A stretch of 64,000 nucleotides of DNA from Bacteroidales bacterium (GCA_035297425.1 DATGYZ010000022.1:25228-89227); one strand, 5' to 3'. Shown: positions 39,805 to 50,834, numbered from the stretch's first letter. Numbers and translations: made by a program. Notes: generated by a model from the sequence alone, not told the origin.

Positions 39805-42021
39805 ATGTCAGACGAAAAGATAAAAGACGGGTATTATAAAATCAGACCAGCTGGAAGGCATATTATAACAATTGGGAGAGACCTCATTAAAGATAAGTAT
39901 GCTGCTATTGTAGAGTTAGTGAAGAATGCTTATGATGCGGATTCCCCAACTTGTAAAGTATCTTTATTGCCTTTTGAATATAACAAAGCTAAGGGTATAA
40001 AAATCTGCATTAAAGATGAAGGGCATGGAATGACTTTTGATACTGTTGTTAATACTTGGATGGTTCCATCCACATCTGATAAATTGGAGAGAATCAGAAG
40101 TCCTAAGGGTCGTATAATGCAGGGGAAAAAAGGTATTGGAAGGTATTCTGCTTCTATAATTGGGGATGATTTGGTTTTGCAGACTATTGACGAAATTGGT
40201 GATTTGACAACACTTTATCTGATATGGGATCATTTCAAAAGAGCAAAATATCTTGAAGATGTGGATGTATTAATTGAAAATTATACTACTAAACAAAAAA
40301 GCGGAACAGAAATAATTATTGTTGGTGATGAATCTCATTTAAACGAATGGAATGTAAAACAGATTCAAAATCTAAAATTTGAATTAAAAAAGTTAATTCC
40401 CCCCATAGACAAAAAGGAACATTCGATTGAAACGGATACTGATAATTTTAAAATACAACTTGAATTTGGAGATTTTCCCTTTGAGGGATATTCAAATAGT
40501 ATTGAGGACATTGAGCCATATCCGTTATTTGACTTATTCGACTATAGGATTAGTGGAACTGTATCAAAAGATGGAATTGCCAAACTGAAATTTGAAAACA
40601 ATAGAATTAAAGATGCACCACCTGAAATACTTAAAGAATTCAAAATTCTACTAAATCAAAATAATAAGCGAAAGGGAGAAGAATCATATTGTGGTGAGGT
40701 AAAAATTGATTTCAGTGTTTTTGACAGAGATCCAATATCAATCGATGGACTTATTGAAAGAGGACTAAAAGATCCCATCACTGGTCAATATGTGGGACGA
40801 CGTGAGGCAAGGATAATTTTGGACACATTCAATGGTGTAGGTGTATATAGAAACGGATTTCGCTTGCGACCACTTGGTGATGCCGGATATGATTGGCTTG
40901 AACTTGATAGAGAAAGAGTTCAAAACCCTTCTGTTAAGATTGGTAGTGACCAGATTATTGGATTTATCCATATTCATTCAGAAGAAAACTCAGGCCTTGA
41001 AGAAAAAAGTGCAAGAGATGGACTAAAAGAAACTTCCGAATATTTTGGATTGCAAGAAATCTGTAAGCAAGTACTAATCAAGCTTGAAGAACGAAGATTT
41101 ATATATAGACAAAAACTTGGACTTGGAAGAAGTGGCAGAAATTTGAATGAAAAAATAAACGTTCTCTACAATTTTAAAGACCTTAAAGACAAGATTAATA
41201 AAGAACTAGATTTATTAGGAATTGAAGAGAACAAAAAAGAAGTTATTAATAAGATAATTTCTGAAAAAGAAGATAGGAATAATAAAATAGCAGATGAACT
41301 CAAACAAACAATTGCCCTTTATCAGGGGCAAGCAACTCTTGGAAAAATTGTTAATGTTATTTTACATGAAGGAAGAAAGCCTTTAGGATATTTTAAGAAT
41401 CAGATACCCTTAATTACAGAATGGAAAGAGGAAATTCACAAGAAATATAATCAAGATACATTGGATAAAATAGTAAATAGGCTTTCTGTTATTGATGAAC
41501 AGTCTAATGTTTTTATAAAACTATTTGGGAAACTTGATCCATTATCAGCCAAAAAACGTGATAGGAAGAAAGATTTTTACTTATATCCTATTCTTGAAAA
41601 TATAAAAGATGTTTTTCTTTCAGATTTAGAAAAACAGGAAATATCTTATAAAGTTGATTGCGACAAAAAACTTACTTGTTATGGGTGGAAAGATGATTTC
41701 TATATAGTTTTCACCAACCTTGTGGATAATAGTATATATTGGTTACAAAGTAAAACTGATGGGACTAAAGAAATTAGCTATAAAGTTTACAAGGAAGATG
41801 AACTTATAATAATTGAATATCGAGACAATGGTCCTGGAATTGAAAAACATCTTATTGAAAGCGAAATAATTTTTGAACCTGAGTTTAGCAATAAAACCGG
41901 CGGAGGAACCGGCCTAGGTCTTGCTATTGCAGGAGAAGCTATTGGTAGAAATGATGGAGAAATAAAAGCCATCTACTCAGAAAATGGAGCATTTTTTAAA
42001 ATTGAAGTAAGAAGTTTCTAA
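39805..42021 (+). CDS. MORC/GHKL ATPase fused to a C-terminal histidine kinase (no TM)
   Basis: N-terminal ELVKNAYDAD, DEGHGM, GKKGIGR; C-terminal LHEGRKPL, NLVDNS, DNGPGI, GTGLGL. Confidence 0.88.
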   Translation: MSDEKIKDGYYKIRPAGRHIITIGRDLIKDKYAAIVELVKNAYDADSPTCKVSLLPFEYNKAKGIKICIKDEGHGMTFDTVVNTWMVPSTSDKLERIRSPKGRIMQGKKGIGRYSASIIGDDLVLQTIDEIGDLTTLYLIWDHFKRAKYLEDVDVLIENYTTKQKSGTEIIIVGDESHLNEWNVKQIQNLKFELKKLIPPIDKKEHSIETDTDNFKIQLEFGDFPFEGYSNSIEDIEPYPLFDLFDYRISGTVSKDGIAKLKFENNRIKDAPPEILKEFKILLNQNNKRKGEESYCGEVKIDFSVFDRDPISIDGLIERGLKDPITGQYVGRREARIILDTFNGVGVYRNGFRLRPLGDAGYDWLELDRERVQNPSVKIGSDQIIGFIHIHSEENSGLEEKSARDGLKETSEYFGLQEICKQVLIKLEERRFIYRQKLGLGRSGRNLNEKINVLYNFKDLKDKINKELDLLGIEENKKEVINKIISEKEDRNNKIADELKQTIALYQGQATLGKIVNVILHEGRKPLGYFKNQIPLITEWKEEIHKKYNQDTLDKIVNRLSVIDEQSNVFIKLFGKLDPLSAKKRDRKKDFYLYPILENIKDVFLSDLEKQEISYKVDCDKKLTCYGWKDDFYIVFTNLVDNSIYWLQSKTDGTKEISYKVYKEDELIIIEYRDNGPGIEKHLIESEIIFEPEFSNKTGGGTGLGLAIAGEAIGRNDGEIKAIYSENGAFFKIEVRSF

Positions 42022-42037
42022 TTCTAAAATACATGCA

Positions 42038-43135
42038 ATGAATCTATTGATAGTTGAAGATGATAAGGACCAATTACAGATGTATAATGATGTAATCGAC
42101 AGTTATTCAAAACAAATTAATACCACTATTAAACGAGATTGCTTTGGCACTCTTGAGGAAGGAATAGAAGCAATTAAACAACCATTATATGATGCAGCTA
42201 TTATTGATTTAAAACTATCAGCAAAAGGTAATGAACTTGAAGGGATGAATATAGTCAATGCAATAAATGGAAAATTAAGGATACCTATTTATATTGTTTC
42301 AGGAAGCATAGCCCAAGTTGATATTGAAGAAAATGCATTATTCAAAAAGAAACTTAGAACTGATGATTTTAAAGGAATATTAGCCGAGATAAAAGAAATA
42401 TTTGATACAGGAATCACCAACTTAATGAGGCAAGAAGGTTTCATGGATAAAATGTTGACTAAGATTTTTTGGGATCACTTATCAGATAGTTTGGTTGATC
42501 TGAAAAGTGTAGAGACTCATAAAGTATTGATTAGATACATATCATCACATATCCAAGAATTCCTTGAGATGAATGGTGAAGGTGGGCTTGAAGATTTTCA
42601 TCCAGCCGAATTCTATATTTTTCCACCAATTAAAAAAAAGTTAAGCACTGGTGATATCATAAAAAATAAACAAGCTAATTCTTATTCCATCTTATTGACT
42701 CCAGCATGTGATATTCTACTTAGAAAGGATAAAAATAATCCGGATATAAAAATAAGGAACGCTGATAAAGCATTGCTTATAAGTCTAGTTTTGTGGAATA
42801 CACTTGAAAATTTTAATACTTTAAAGGAAGATACTGGTAAGAGTAATGCAAGTAGATTGAGATTGGAAGCTCTCACAAAAAACAATAAAGAAAGATATCA
42901 TTTTTTGCCACCATATAAATCAATAAGAGGGTATTTTGCTGATTTTCAATCACAGTTGAGCATAGACATAAGTATTTTGGAAAATCCAGAAAGTTATGAT
43001 AGAATAGCCACTGTATCTCATCCATTTTTAAAGGATATTATAGCCCGGTTCTCTCAATATTATTCACGACAAGGTCAACCTGATTTACTCCAAGAGAAAA
43101 TCTATAGTCAATTGGTCATTCAAAACTCACAATGA
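42038..43135 (+). CDS. Receiver domain protein with an uncharacterised C-terminal output domain
   Basis: IVEDD, D57 (IIDLKL), IVSG; C-terminal GDII..LTPACD..RYHFLP..RFSQYYSRQGQP; no HTH. Confidence 0.82.
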   Translation: MNLLIVEDDKDQLQMYNDVIDSYSKQINTTIKRDCFGTLEEGIEAIKQPLYDAAIIDLKLSAKGNELEGMNIVNAINGKLRIPIYIVSGSIAQVDIEENALFKKKLRTDDFKGILAEIKEIFDTGITNLMRQEGFMDKMLTKIFWDHLSDSLVDLKSVETHKVLIRYISSHIQEFLEMNGEGGLEDFHPAEFYIFPPIKKKLSTGDIIKNKQANSYSILLTPACDILLRKDKNNPDIKIRNADKALLISLVLWNTLENFNTLKEDTGKSNASRLRLEALTKNNKERYHFLPPYKSIRGYFADFQSQLSIDISILENPESYDRIATVSHPFLKDIIARFSQYYSRQGQPDLLQEKIYSQLVIQNSQ

Positions 43136-43267
43136 TTTTGTTTATGTAGTCAAATAGATCAACATATCAATTTTCTAAAACCTAAATATTAAATTAAATC
43201 TAAAAATAAAAGAGAATAATAATACAGATAACTTATTGATTTAGAGATGACCAATTTGTTGAATTAA

Positions 43268-44749
43268 ATGATTGACTATTCAAAATATCAGACTACTCCA
43301 GCAATTCCAGAAGCTTCTTCAATGATTGAAACTTTTAGGGCAATCGGATATAGTATTGAAACCGCTGTCGCAGACATTATTGATAATTCTATTTCGGCTG
43401 GAGCAAAAAATATTTGGATTAATTTTGAATGGTTGGGTTCTGATACATGGATTTCTGTCAAAGATGATGGACATGGGATGGACAACAATGAATTGGTTCA
43501 AGCATTGCGTCCTGGAAGCAAAAACCCGCTTGAAGACAGAGGAAGTAAAGATCTGGGCAGATTTGGATTAGGATTAAAAACAGCATCTTTTTCTCAGTGC
43601 AGAAAGCTTTGCGTGATAAGCAAAAAAGAGAATTCTGATCCATCATATTGGACTTGGGATCTGGATTTCGTTAATCAAACTGGAAAATGGGATTTGTTAA
43701 GGTATTTACCAGATGAGAACTTCGAACAAGAAATTAATATTCTTAAATCTGGAACAATTGTAGTCTGGAATGACATTGACAGACTTGTAAAAGACTTCCA
43801 GAAAGATGATGATAATTCACTGGACAAGTTCCTTCAGACAATGAAATTTGTGAAAAGTCATTTGGCAATGGTCTTTCACCGGTTTATTGAGAATGGTAAG
43901 ATAAAAATTCAATTTCAGGACAGACCTGTTGGGGCATGGAATCCATTTTTACCTTACGAACCAACAACTCAAGGATTTCCAGAAGAACCCTTATATAATG
44001 GTAATGTTGTTGTCAAAGGTTTTGTATTACCTCATAAATCAAAGCTTACAAACGATAAATTCAGGGAAGCAGAAGGGCCAAAAGGATGGAACGAGCAGCA
44101 AGGTTTTTATGTTTTCCGGAATGACAGACTATTACTTGCAGGTGACTGGTTAGGAATGTTCCGTAAGGAAGAACATTACAAACTAGCACGCATTGAAATT
44201 AATTTGCCAAATTCGTTGGATTCTGAATGGCAGATTGATATAAAAAAATCGGTTGCACGACCACCTATTGTATTAAGGGACCAACTTAAGGCATATGCAA
44301 GTAAAGTGCGGGCACAGGCTGTAGAAGTCTACCGGCATAGAGGGAAAATTTCAAAGGCTTTCCCGGGCCAGAAATTTGTTCCACTCTGGATTGACCATAA
44401 GAGAGGGGATAAATGGTTTTACGTAATTAATCGGAAACATCCTTTAATTGAGAAAATAGTTAGCCAGGCTTCCGAGAAACCTGATAAAGCAATTGAAACC
44501 TTGCTGCGATTCATAGAAGAAACAATTCCAGTGAAGTCCATTTATATAAGGGAAGCAGAAGAGGCTGAAAGTCAAGGGAAACCATTTGAAGGGAAAAAAC
44601 ATGACGAAATTTTCTCATTGATGAAAATTATTTTTAATTCACTTATAAATCAAGGCAAAACAACAGACGAGGCAAAGGCTGTTATTATTAATCTCGAGCC
44701 TTTTAACCTGTTTCCTGAAGAAATAGCAAAACTTGACCCCAATGATTGA
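43268..44749 (+). CDS. MORC/MutL-like GHKL ATPase (MzaB-like)
   Basis: ADIIDNSISA, DDGHGM, LGRFGLGLKTASFS. Confidence 0.88.
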   Translation: MIDYSKYQTTPAIPEASSMIETFRAIGYSIETAVADIIDNSISAGAKNIWINFEWLGSDTWISVKDDGHGMDNNELVQALRPGSKNPLEDRGSKDLGRFGLGLKTASFSQCRKLCVISKKENSDPSYWTWDLDFVNQTGKWDLLRYLPDENFEQEINILKSGTIVVWNDIDRLVKDFQKDDDNSLDKFLQTMKFVKSHLAMVFHRFIENGKIKIQFQDRPVGAWNPFLPYEPTTQGFPEEPLYNGNVVVKGFVLPHKSKLTNDKFREAEGPKGWNEQQGFYVFRNDRLLLAGDWLGMFRKEEHYKLARIEINLPNSLDSEWQIDIKKSVARPPIVLRDQLKAYASKVRAQAVEVYRHRGKISKAFPGQKFVPLWIDHKRGDKWFYVINRKHPLIEKIVSQASEKPDKAIETLLRFIEETIPVKSIYIREAEEAESQGKPFEGKKHDEIFSLMKIIFNSLINQGKTTDEAKAVIINLEPFNLFPEEIAKLDPND

Positions 44750-47714
44750 ACAAGCGAAGAATATCTGCATTGAACTTCTAAGGATGATTAAAAACCCTTC
44801 CCCTCAGGATGTGACCAACTCAATAGATAATGTACTCAAAATTTTCCCTGACCTTTTCTCCGAAAGAGAAACATTGTTCAGATATTTATCTGCAACCTTT
44901 TCTGTTTTTTCTGAGAATTACAGAATACTTGATACCGATGTAGATTATCATCCATGGTTGAAAGATAGCAAAGCAAATATTACCTGGAATTTTTGGAATC
45001 GCTATATCAGTTACTTACAGAAAAAAATTGCACCTGATACAATAAATAAACTTGATAACCTCACCGATGATATTTTAGACCGGATAGCAAATCCGATAAC
45101 TTCAGGAGCATGGGATAAAAGGGGGATGGTTGTAGGTCAGGTACAATCTGGAAAAACTTCAAATTATATAGGTCTAATAAACAAAGCTTCAGATGCTGGA
45201 TATAAACTGATAATTATTTTGGCTGGAATGCATGATTCTTTAAGAAGTCAGACACAGATTAGAATTGATGAAGGTTTTTTAGGATTCAACAGCCAGCGTT
45301 CTTTGCAGTATTCAAACACAAACAAAATTGGAGTAGGTTTCTACAATCCGCGTGATGGCAAGACAAATGAGCCAATTGATCTTCCGGCAAATGCATTAAC
45401 ATCAAGTCATCTAAACGGCGATTTCAATAGAAAAGTCGCACAGTCTGCAGGAATACATCTAAGAAGTTCAGACCCTATAGTTGCTGTCATTAAAAAAAAT
45501 GGTTCAATCCTTAAAAATATAATTTCCTGGCTAGCTGTCTGGGGAGATAAACAACCTGATGGTAAAATAATAATTAGAAATGTTCCATTCCTTCTTATTG
45601 ATGATGAGGCAGATAATGCTTCAGTTAATGTAAGTAAAGAGAAGGTTTCTGCAATCAACGGATGTATAAGAGCGTTGCTTTCTCTTTTTGAACAGAGTGC
45701 TTATGTAGGATACACGGCAACACCTTTCGCAAATATCTTTATTCCTATTCTTGCACAGGAAACCGTAAAAGGTATTGATCTTACAATCAAAGATTATGAG
45801 TATACAGTAGGACAAGATTTATTTCCGAAAGATTTTATCATTAATATTCCGGCACCCTCAAATTATATTGGACCAGCAAAAGTATTTGGATTACCTGCAC
45901 TTACTTCGTCTGATTCAGACGAAGAGCCTTTACCTGTGCTTCGTCTTGTAAATGATTATGATATTTTTGACTCGTCAAATACTCAGGAACAATTCCAAAA
46001 TGTTATTGCCGGTATTGCAAATGAATATTCAACTGCAAAATCTTTGGTACCTGACAAACACAAAAAAGATGATCCTTTACCTGATGAACTGCCTCCTAGT
46101 TTGAAGTACGCGATAAAATGTTTTGTTCTTTCAGCAACAGCAAGGAGAGTACGAAAGCAGATTGAAGTTCACAATTCTATGTTGATTCACATTTCAAGGT
46201 TTATTGTATGGCAGGACAGAATTGCGACCTTGGTTGATGCTGAACTAAAATTCTATCAAAAGCAGATTGAGTTGAAGTCAGGCAACCTACTCAAGGAGCT
46301 GGAGGTAATCTGGATAAAGGAATTTATGCCAACTACAGCAAAAATAATCCGTGATTCACATATATATTCTGATCCTGAAATCATACCGGTTTCATGGAAA
46401 GATGTTGAAACAGAAATTTATTCTGCTATTTCGAAAATGGAAGTAAGAGCAGTTCATGGAGATAAGAATATAGCAGGATTATCTCATCACAATATTTCAC
46501 CACTAGATTATTTCTTTTCGGAGCAACAAGGGAAATTCTTATCTGTGATTGCTGTGGGTGGTGATAAACTTTCGAGGGGTTTGACTTTGGAAGGATTAAC
46601 AATTAGTTACTATTTACGTGCATCTAAAATGTATGATACACTTATGCAGATGGGAAGGTGGTTTGGCTTTAGGCCAGGATATGTGGATTTATGCAGGATA
46701 TTTACCAGTGATGAACTTTCACGATGGTATAAACATATCACTATTGCATCAGAAGAAATGCGAAAGGATTTTGATTATATGTTTCTGTTAAAGAAAACGC
46801 CGAAAGAATTTGGATTGAAGGTAAGGACACATCCCGGAGTTTTAAAAATAACCGCAGCAAATAAATTCAGATATAAGAAGATAATGTACCTCAGCTATTC
46901 TGGTGAACTCGAACAAACTTATCAGTTCAAGCTTGACCAACTTAAATTCCAGAAGAATTTTGATGCAGTTATTGATTTGATTTCTGATCTAGGTAACACA
47001 ATTGATAAACCTATAAATTCCTTCAATTCAAAACAGATATTTGTTTGGAAAGGTGAAGACAATTTCAATGCAATAAATACTTTTATTTTGAAATTTAAGA
47101 TCGGAGAAGAGGTAATTGACACAAACAAAATGGTGGATTATATAAATGCCCAGACGAAAAAAGGAAACCTGACAAACTGGACCGTGGCATTGATCAATAA
47201 TTCTACCGCTAAACCGGAAGATGAGTACGAGTTTTCAGGTTTATCTAAGAAGGTTGGACTTACTGATAGAACTAATATAAGCAATGATCCAAGTGAATAT
47301 GCAGTAGCAAAGTATAACATTACGGACCACAGGCATGAATTGATTGATTTATCAGAAGCGGAAATCATTGATGCTATATCTAAGACAGGAGAAGACAATA
47401 AAGATGAAGGGAATAATGATGTCCCTGAATTACCAAGTAGGAAAAGAATCAAATGGAAGAGATCCTGTAAAAACGGTTTATTGCTTATCTATCCATTAAA
47501 TCACAATTGCCAACACATTGTTGATGATTCAACAAAACCAAAAACAATAGTGAGGAAACATATTAATGATGTGCCAATAATTGGGATAGCTGTAAGTTTC
47601 CCTGAAAATGAGAATGATGAAAAAATTGAATATGCAGTTAACGAACAATTCAGAAAAGAATATGAGTATCCTGAAGAACTTGACTTAATAGATAGCAATG
47701 ATGGATCGGATTAA
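44742..47714 (+). CDS. Z1-domain SF2 helicase-like protein (MzaC-like)
   Basis: GQVQSGKT, IDDEAD, YTATP, LSRGLTLEGL, QMGRWFGFR. Confidence 0.9.
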   Translation: MIEQAKNICIELLRMIKNPSPQDVTNSIDNVLKIFPDLFSERETLFRYLSATFSVFSENYRILDTDVDYHPWLKDSKANITWNFWNRYISYLQKKIAPDTINKLDNLTDDILDRIANPITSGAWDKRGMVVGQVQSGKTSNYIGLINKASDAGYKLIIILAGMHDSLRSQTQIRIDEGFLGFNSQRSLQYSNTNKIGVGFYNPRDGKTNEPIDLPANALTSSHLNGDFNRKVAQSAGIHLRSSDPIVAVIKKNGSILKNIISWLAVWGDKQPDGKIIIRNVPFLLIDDEADNASVNVSKEKVSAINGCIRALLSLFEQSAYVGYTATPFANIFIPILAQETVKGIDLTIKDYEYTVGQDLFPKDFIINIPAPSNYIGPAKVFGLPALTSSDSDEEPLPVLRLVNDYDIFDSSNTQEQFQNVIAGIANEYSTAKSLVPDKHKKDDPLPDELPPSLKYAIKCFVLSATARRVRKQIEVHNSMLIHISRFIVWQDRIATLVDAELKFYQKQIELKSGNLLKELEVIWIKEFMPTTAKIIRDSHIYSDPEIIPVSWKDVETEIYSAISKMEVRAVHGDKNIAGLSHHNISPLDYFFSEQQGKFLSVIAVGGDKLSRGLTLEGLTISYYLRASKMYDTLMQMGRWFGFRPGYVDLCRIFTSDELSRWYKHITIASEEMRKDFDYMFLLKKTPKEFGLKVRTHPGVLKITAANKFRYKKIMYLSYSGELEQTYQFKLDQLKFQKNFDAVIDLISDLGNTIDKPINSFNSKQIFVWKGEDNFNAINTFILKFKIGEEVIDTNKMVDYINAQTKKGNLTNWTVALINNSTAKPEDEYEFSGLSKKVGLTDRTNISNDPSEYAVAKYNITDHRHELIDLSEAEIIDAISKTGEDNKDEGNNDVPELPSRKRIKWKRSCKNGLLLIYPLNHNCQHIVDDSTKPKTIVRKHINDVPIIGIAVSFPENENDEKIEYAVNEQFRKEYEYPEELDLIDSNDGSD

Positions 47715-48702
47715 ACAAATATGGATGCAACTGGAAGAAAGTAGTTCTGTGATTCCAGGATTATTTAAATTACGATATTCTGAAACAAGTAATTGTGACG
47801 TGTTTCTTGGAGTAAAATATCCGGAAACTCACAGGATGCTTATTGTCCGAGTACCGTTTGCCTCAGGAAAGGAATTTAATTTTAAATATGAGTTCCGAGG
47901 ATTAAAGTTTGACAAAATATATGATCCAGAAAATTCAGGTTTTCTTTTGCTTAACCTTGTATTAGTTGACAATCAATTCAAGGATGTTTTTGATTCACTT
48001 ATTGCAGACATTCTTGCTGCTATCATAAATGAATCAGATTTTAAAGTGATTCTTAGAAATTATTCCAACCGTTTAATCAAGTGGCAGAGTTTGTTTGAAC
48101 GTTTTAGACAACAGGGACTTACACCAGAAGAGCAGAGAGGCCTTTATGGTGAGTTGTACTTTATGCGAAAGTTTTTACTGGTTAATTCAGATTTTAACAA
48201 TATTGTTATATCCTGGATTGGTCCGGAAAAACTGGTAAGAGACTTTCAATTTGGCAATTGGAGCGTTGAAGTGAAGACTACTCATGGTAACAATCACCAG
48301 AAAGTTCAAATAAGCAGTGAAAGACAACTTGATACTGCGAATGTTGATAACCTTTTTCTTAATCATCTTTCTTTGGAATCAGTGCAACATTCAGGCGAAA
48401 CATTAAATCAAATGATTGATTCTATCTATGAAATTTTAAATATTGATTTGACTGCGTTAAACCAATTCCGAAACAAATTAACTGATGCTGGTTTTTTTGA
48501 TCCCCACAGGCAATATTATTCTGATATTGGCTATTTCATAAGGCAGGACATATTCTATAAAGTCGAACATCAGTTCCCAAGAATTGAAGAATCAGATATA
48601 CGAAATGGGGTTGGTGATGTAAAATATTCAATTATAGTTTCACAATGTAATGATTTTATAATTTCAGACCAGGAAATATTTAAAACACTAATATTCTTAT
48701 GA
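47698..48702 (+). CDS. PD-(D/E)XK motif protein DUF4420 (MzaD-like)
   Basis: GLYGEL, WIGP...DF....VEVKTT, ISSERQL. Confidence 0.88.
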   Translation: MMDRIKQIWMQLEESSSVIPGLFKLRYSETSNCDVFLGVKYPETHRMLIVRVPFASGKEFNFKYEFRGLKFDKIYDPENSGFLLLNLVLVDNQFKDVFDSLIADILAAIINESDFKVILRNYSNRLIKWQSLFERFRQQGLTPEEQRGLYGELYFMRKFLLVNSDFNNIVISWIGPEKLVRDFQFGNWSVEVKTTHGNNHQKVQISSERQLDTANVDNLFLNHLSLESVQHSGETLNQMIDSIYEILNIDLTALNQFRNKLTDAGFFDPHRQYYSDIGYFIRQDIFYKVEHQFPRIEESDIRNGVGDVKYSIIVSQCNDFIISDQEIFKTLIFL

Positions 48703-50834
48703 TAACTACAATTGAAAAGGAGGAACTATCTAGATATTATCAGGATATACTTCAAGAGATTAAAACAATCCAAATATCAGTTGAAGAGGGAGGAGCATTA
48801 GAACAAATCTTCACGCAGACTGCAGTTGATTTACTTGCTAGCGCAGGGGAGACTGAGAATGTCATGGTAGCTTATGACGAAAGTTCCCTTGGCAGAAAAA
48901 ATCAACATAAAATAAATGCGTATTCCATATCAGAGAACTACGAAACCATAGACCTATTCATAACTATTTATAAAGGGACAGATGAAATAACTCGAATTGC
49001 CAAAGAAGAAATCGATACTGCAGCAAAAAGAATTCTGAATTTTTTTACAAAAGGGATATCGCGAAACTATGTAAATGAAATTGAAGAATCATCGATGATA
49101 TTTGATCTTGCCAATACCCTTAATGAATCTGATGAATTAAGAGAATATCTAGTAAGAGTCAACGCAATCATCCTTACGGATGGAATTTACCCGGGAGAAA
49201 TTCCGAATCAGACTACCGTTGCAGATTTTCCACTATATTTTCGTGTTGTTGATCTGAATTATATATACGATATTACTGAAAAAGAACATATTCCAATTGA
49301 GATTGATTTCAAAAGCTACAATTTTAATTTGCCATGTATTATATCCCCTTTAAAAAATGATCAGTATCAATCATATCTGGCAATTATACCTGGAAGGGCT
49401 TTAGCAATGATCTATGAAAAATATGGATCCCGTCTTCTGGAACAGAATGTCAGATCTTTCCTTCAATTTACAGGAAAAATAAACAAAGGAATCCGTGAAA
49501 CAATTACAACACGACCTGAAATGTTCCTTGCCTATAATAATGGTATTTCTGCAACAGCCGAAAGTGTTGAGATAGAACAATTACCTGAGGGGAAAGGATA
49601 CATTATCACTAAAGTAAAAGATTTTCAGATCGTTAACGGAGGGCAGACTACAGCATCAATTTATCATACTCATAAAAAATATGTGAAATCTCAGATTGAT
49701 TCTATCTATGTTCAAATGAAGTTGAATGTTGTAAATAATAAAGATCAATTCTCTGAGATTGTTTCCCGTATCTCTGAATATGCAAACACGCAAAATAAAA
49801 TTGCTATTTCTGATTTAAGTTCTAATAGGCCTTATCATATTTCACTTGAGAAGATTTCAAGAAGCATACTTGCTCCACTTCTACCCGGGAAGAGTATCAG
49901 AACCAGGTGGTTTTACGAAAGAACAAGAGGCCAGTATAAAAATGCCAGATTAAAAGCTGGAAACAGTATCCCCAAAAGGAAGGCTTTTGATGCCACAAAT
50001 CCTAAATCACAGGTAATTAATAAGGAAGAATTAGCAAAATACCTTAATTCATATCAGGAAATAGTTGATGGGAAAAGACTGCTAATTGGTCCTCATGTAG
50101 TTGTAAAAGGAAATCAAAAGAATTATAAAAGTTTTATTGACCATAACCTGACTGAAAATATTGATAACGTTTATTTTGAGGATCTTGTTGCGAAGGCTAT
50201 TCTTTTCAGAACTTTTGAAAAGATCTATGGTATTAAACCAAATGCAATTGGTGATTTAAGGTATATCACAGTCCCATATGCAATATCTTTATTTGGCTAT
50301 CTGACTGATTATAAACTCGACCTATATAAAATTTGGTTAAATCAGTCTATTTCTGCCGAGCTTCTAGAAACAATCAGGGAGTTTATGTGTTTAGTTGAGT
50401 ATTACATTAAAGAGTCTGCTCCCGGTGCTCTTTATGGAGAATGGGCAAAAAATGCAGCATGTTGGATATCACTTAAAGATGCGTTTGCAACAGGACAATA
50501 TAAGGATACTGATCTGAAAATTCCGGCTAGCGATCTTCAAAATTCTAGCGGGAAATCCCGCAAAAGAATTAGTAATTCTGATGTGGAAAAATCTTATTAT
50601 GAAGAAATTGAGGCAACTATTAAAAGTATTCAACCAGAAAAATGGAAAGAAATATATTTGTATTGTAAAGATAATCCTGATATTTCCGAATATCTCACTA
50701 CAGCAGTTCATAATTTAGGAAGAAAGCTTAAAGAAGGAATTCGTCCAAGCACAAGAGAGATAATCATTGTTAATGATCTGCTAACTAAAGTACAATATAA
50801 AACAGGTATATTTGATTTAGAACCAGTTAACTAA
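48699..50834 (+). CDS. AIPR family protein (MzaE-like)
   Basis: LLEQNVRSFL, FLAYNNG, IVNGGQTT, ANTQN, WFYERTRGQY. Confidence 0.92.
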   Translation: MITTIEKEELSRYYQDILQEIKTIQISVEEGGALEQIFTQTAVDLLASAGETENVMVAYDESSLGRKNQHKINAYSISENYETIDLFITIYKGTDEITRIAKEEIDTAAKRILNFFTKGISRNYVNEIEESSMIFDLANTLNESDELREYLVRVNAIILTDGIYPGEIPNQTTVADFPLYFRVVDLNYIYDITEKEHIPIEIDFKSYNFNLPCIISPLKNDQYQSYLAIIPGRALAMIYEKYGSRLLEQNVRSFLQFTGKINKGIRETITTRPEMFLAYNNGISATAESVEIEQLPEGKGYIITKVKDFQIVNGGQTTASIYHTHKKYVKSQIDSIYVQMKLNVVNNKDQFSEIVSRISEYANTQNKIAISDLSSNRPYHISLEKISRSILAPLLPGKSIRTRWFYERTRGQYKNARLKAGNSIPKRKAFDATNPKSQVINKEELAKYLNSYQEIVDGKRLLIGPHVVVKGNQKNYKSFIDHNLTENIDNVYFEDLVAKAILFRTFEKIYGIKPNAIGDLRYITVPYAISLFGYLTDYKLDLYKIWLNQSISAELLETIREFMCLVEYYIKESAPGALYGEWAKNAACWISLKDAFATGQYKDTDLKIPASDLQNSSGKSRKRISNSDVEKSYYEEIEATIKSIQPEKWKEIYLYCKDNPDISEYLTTAVHNLGRKLKEGIRPSTREIIIVNDLLTKVQYKTGIFDLEPVN

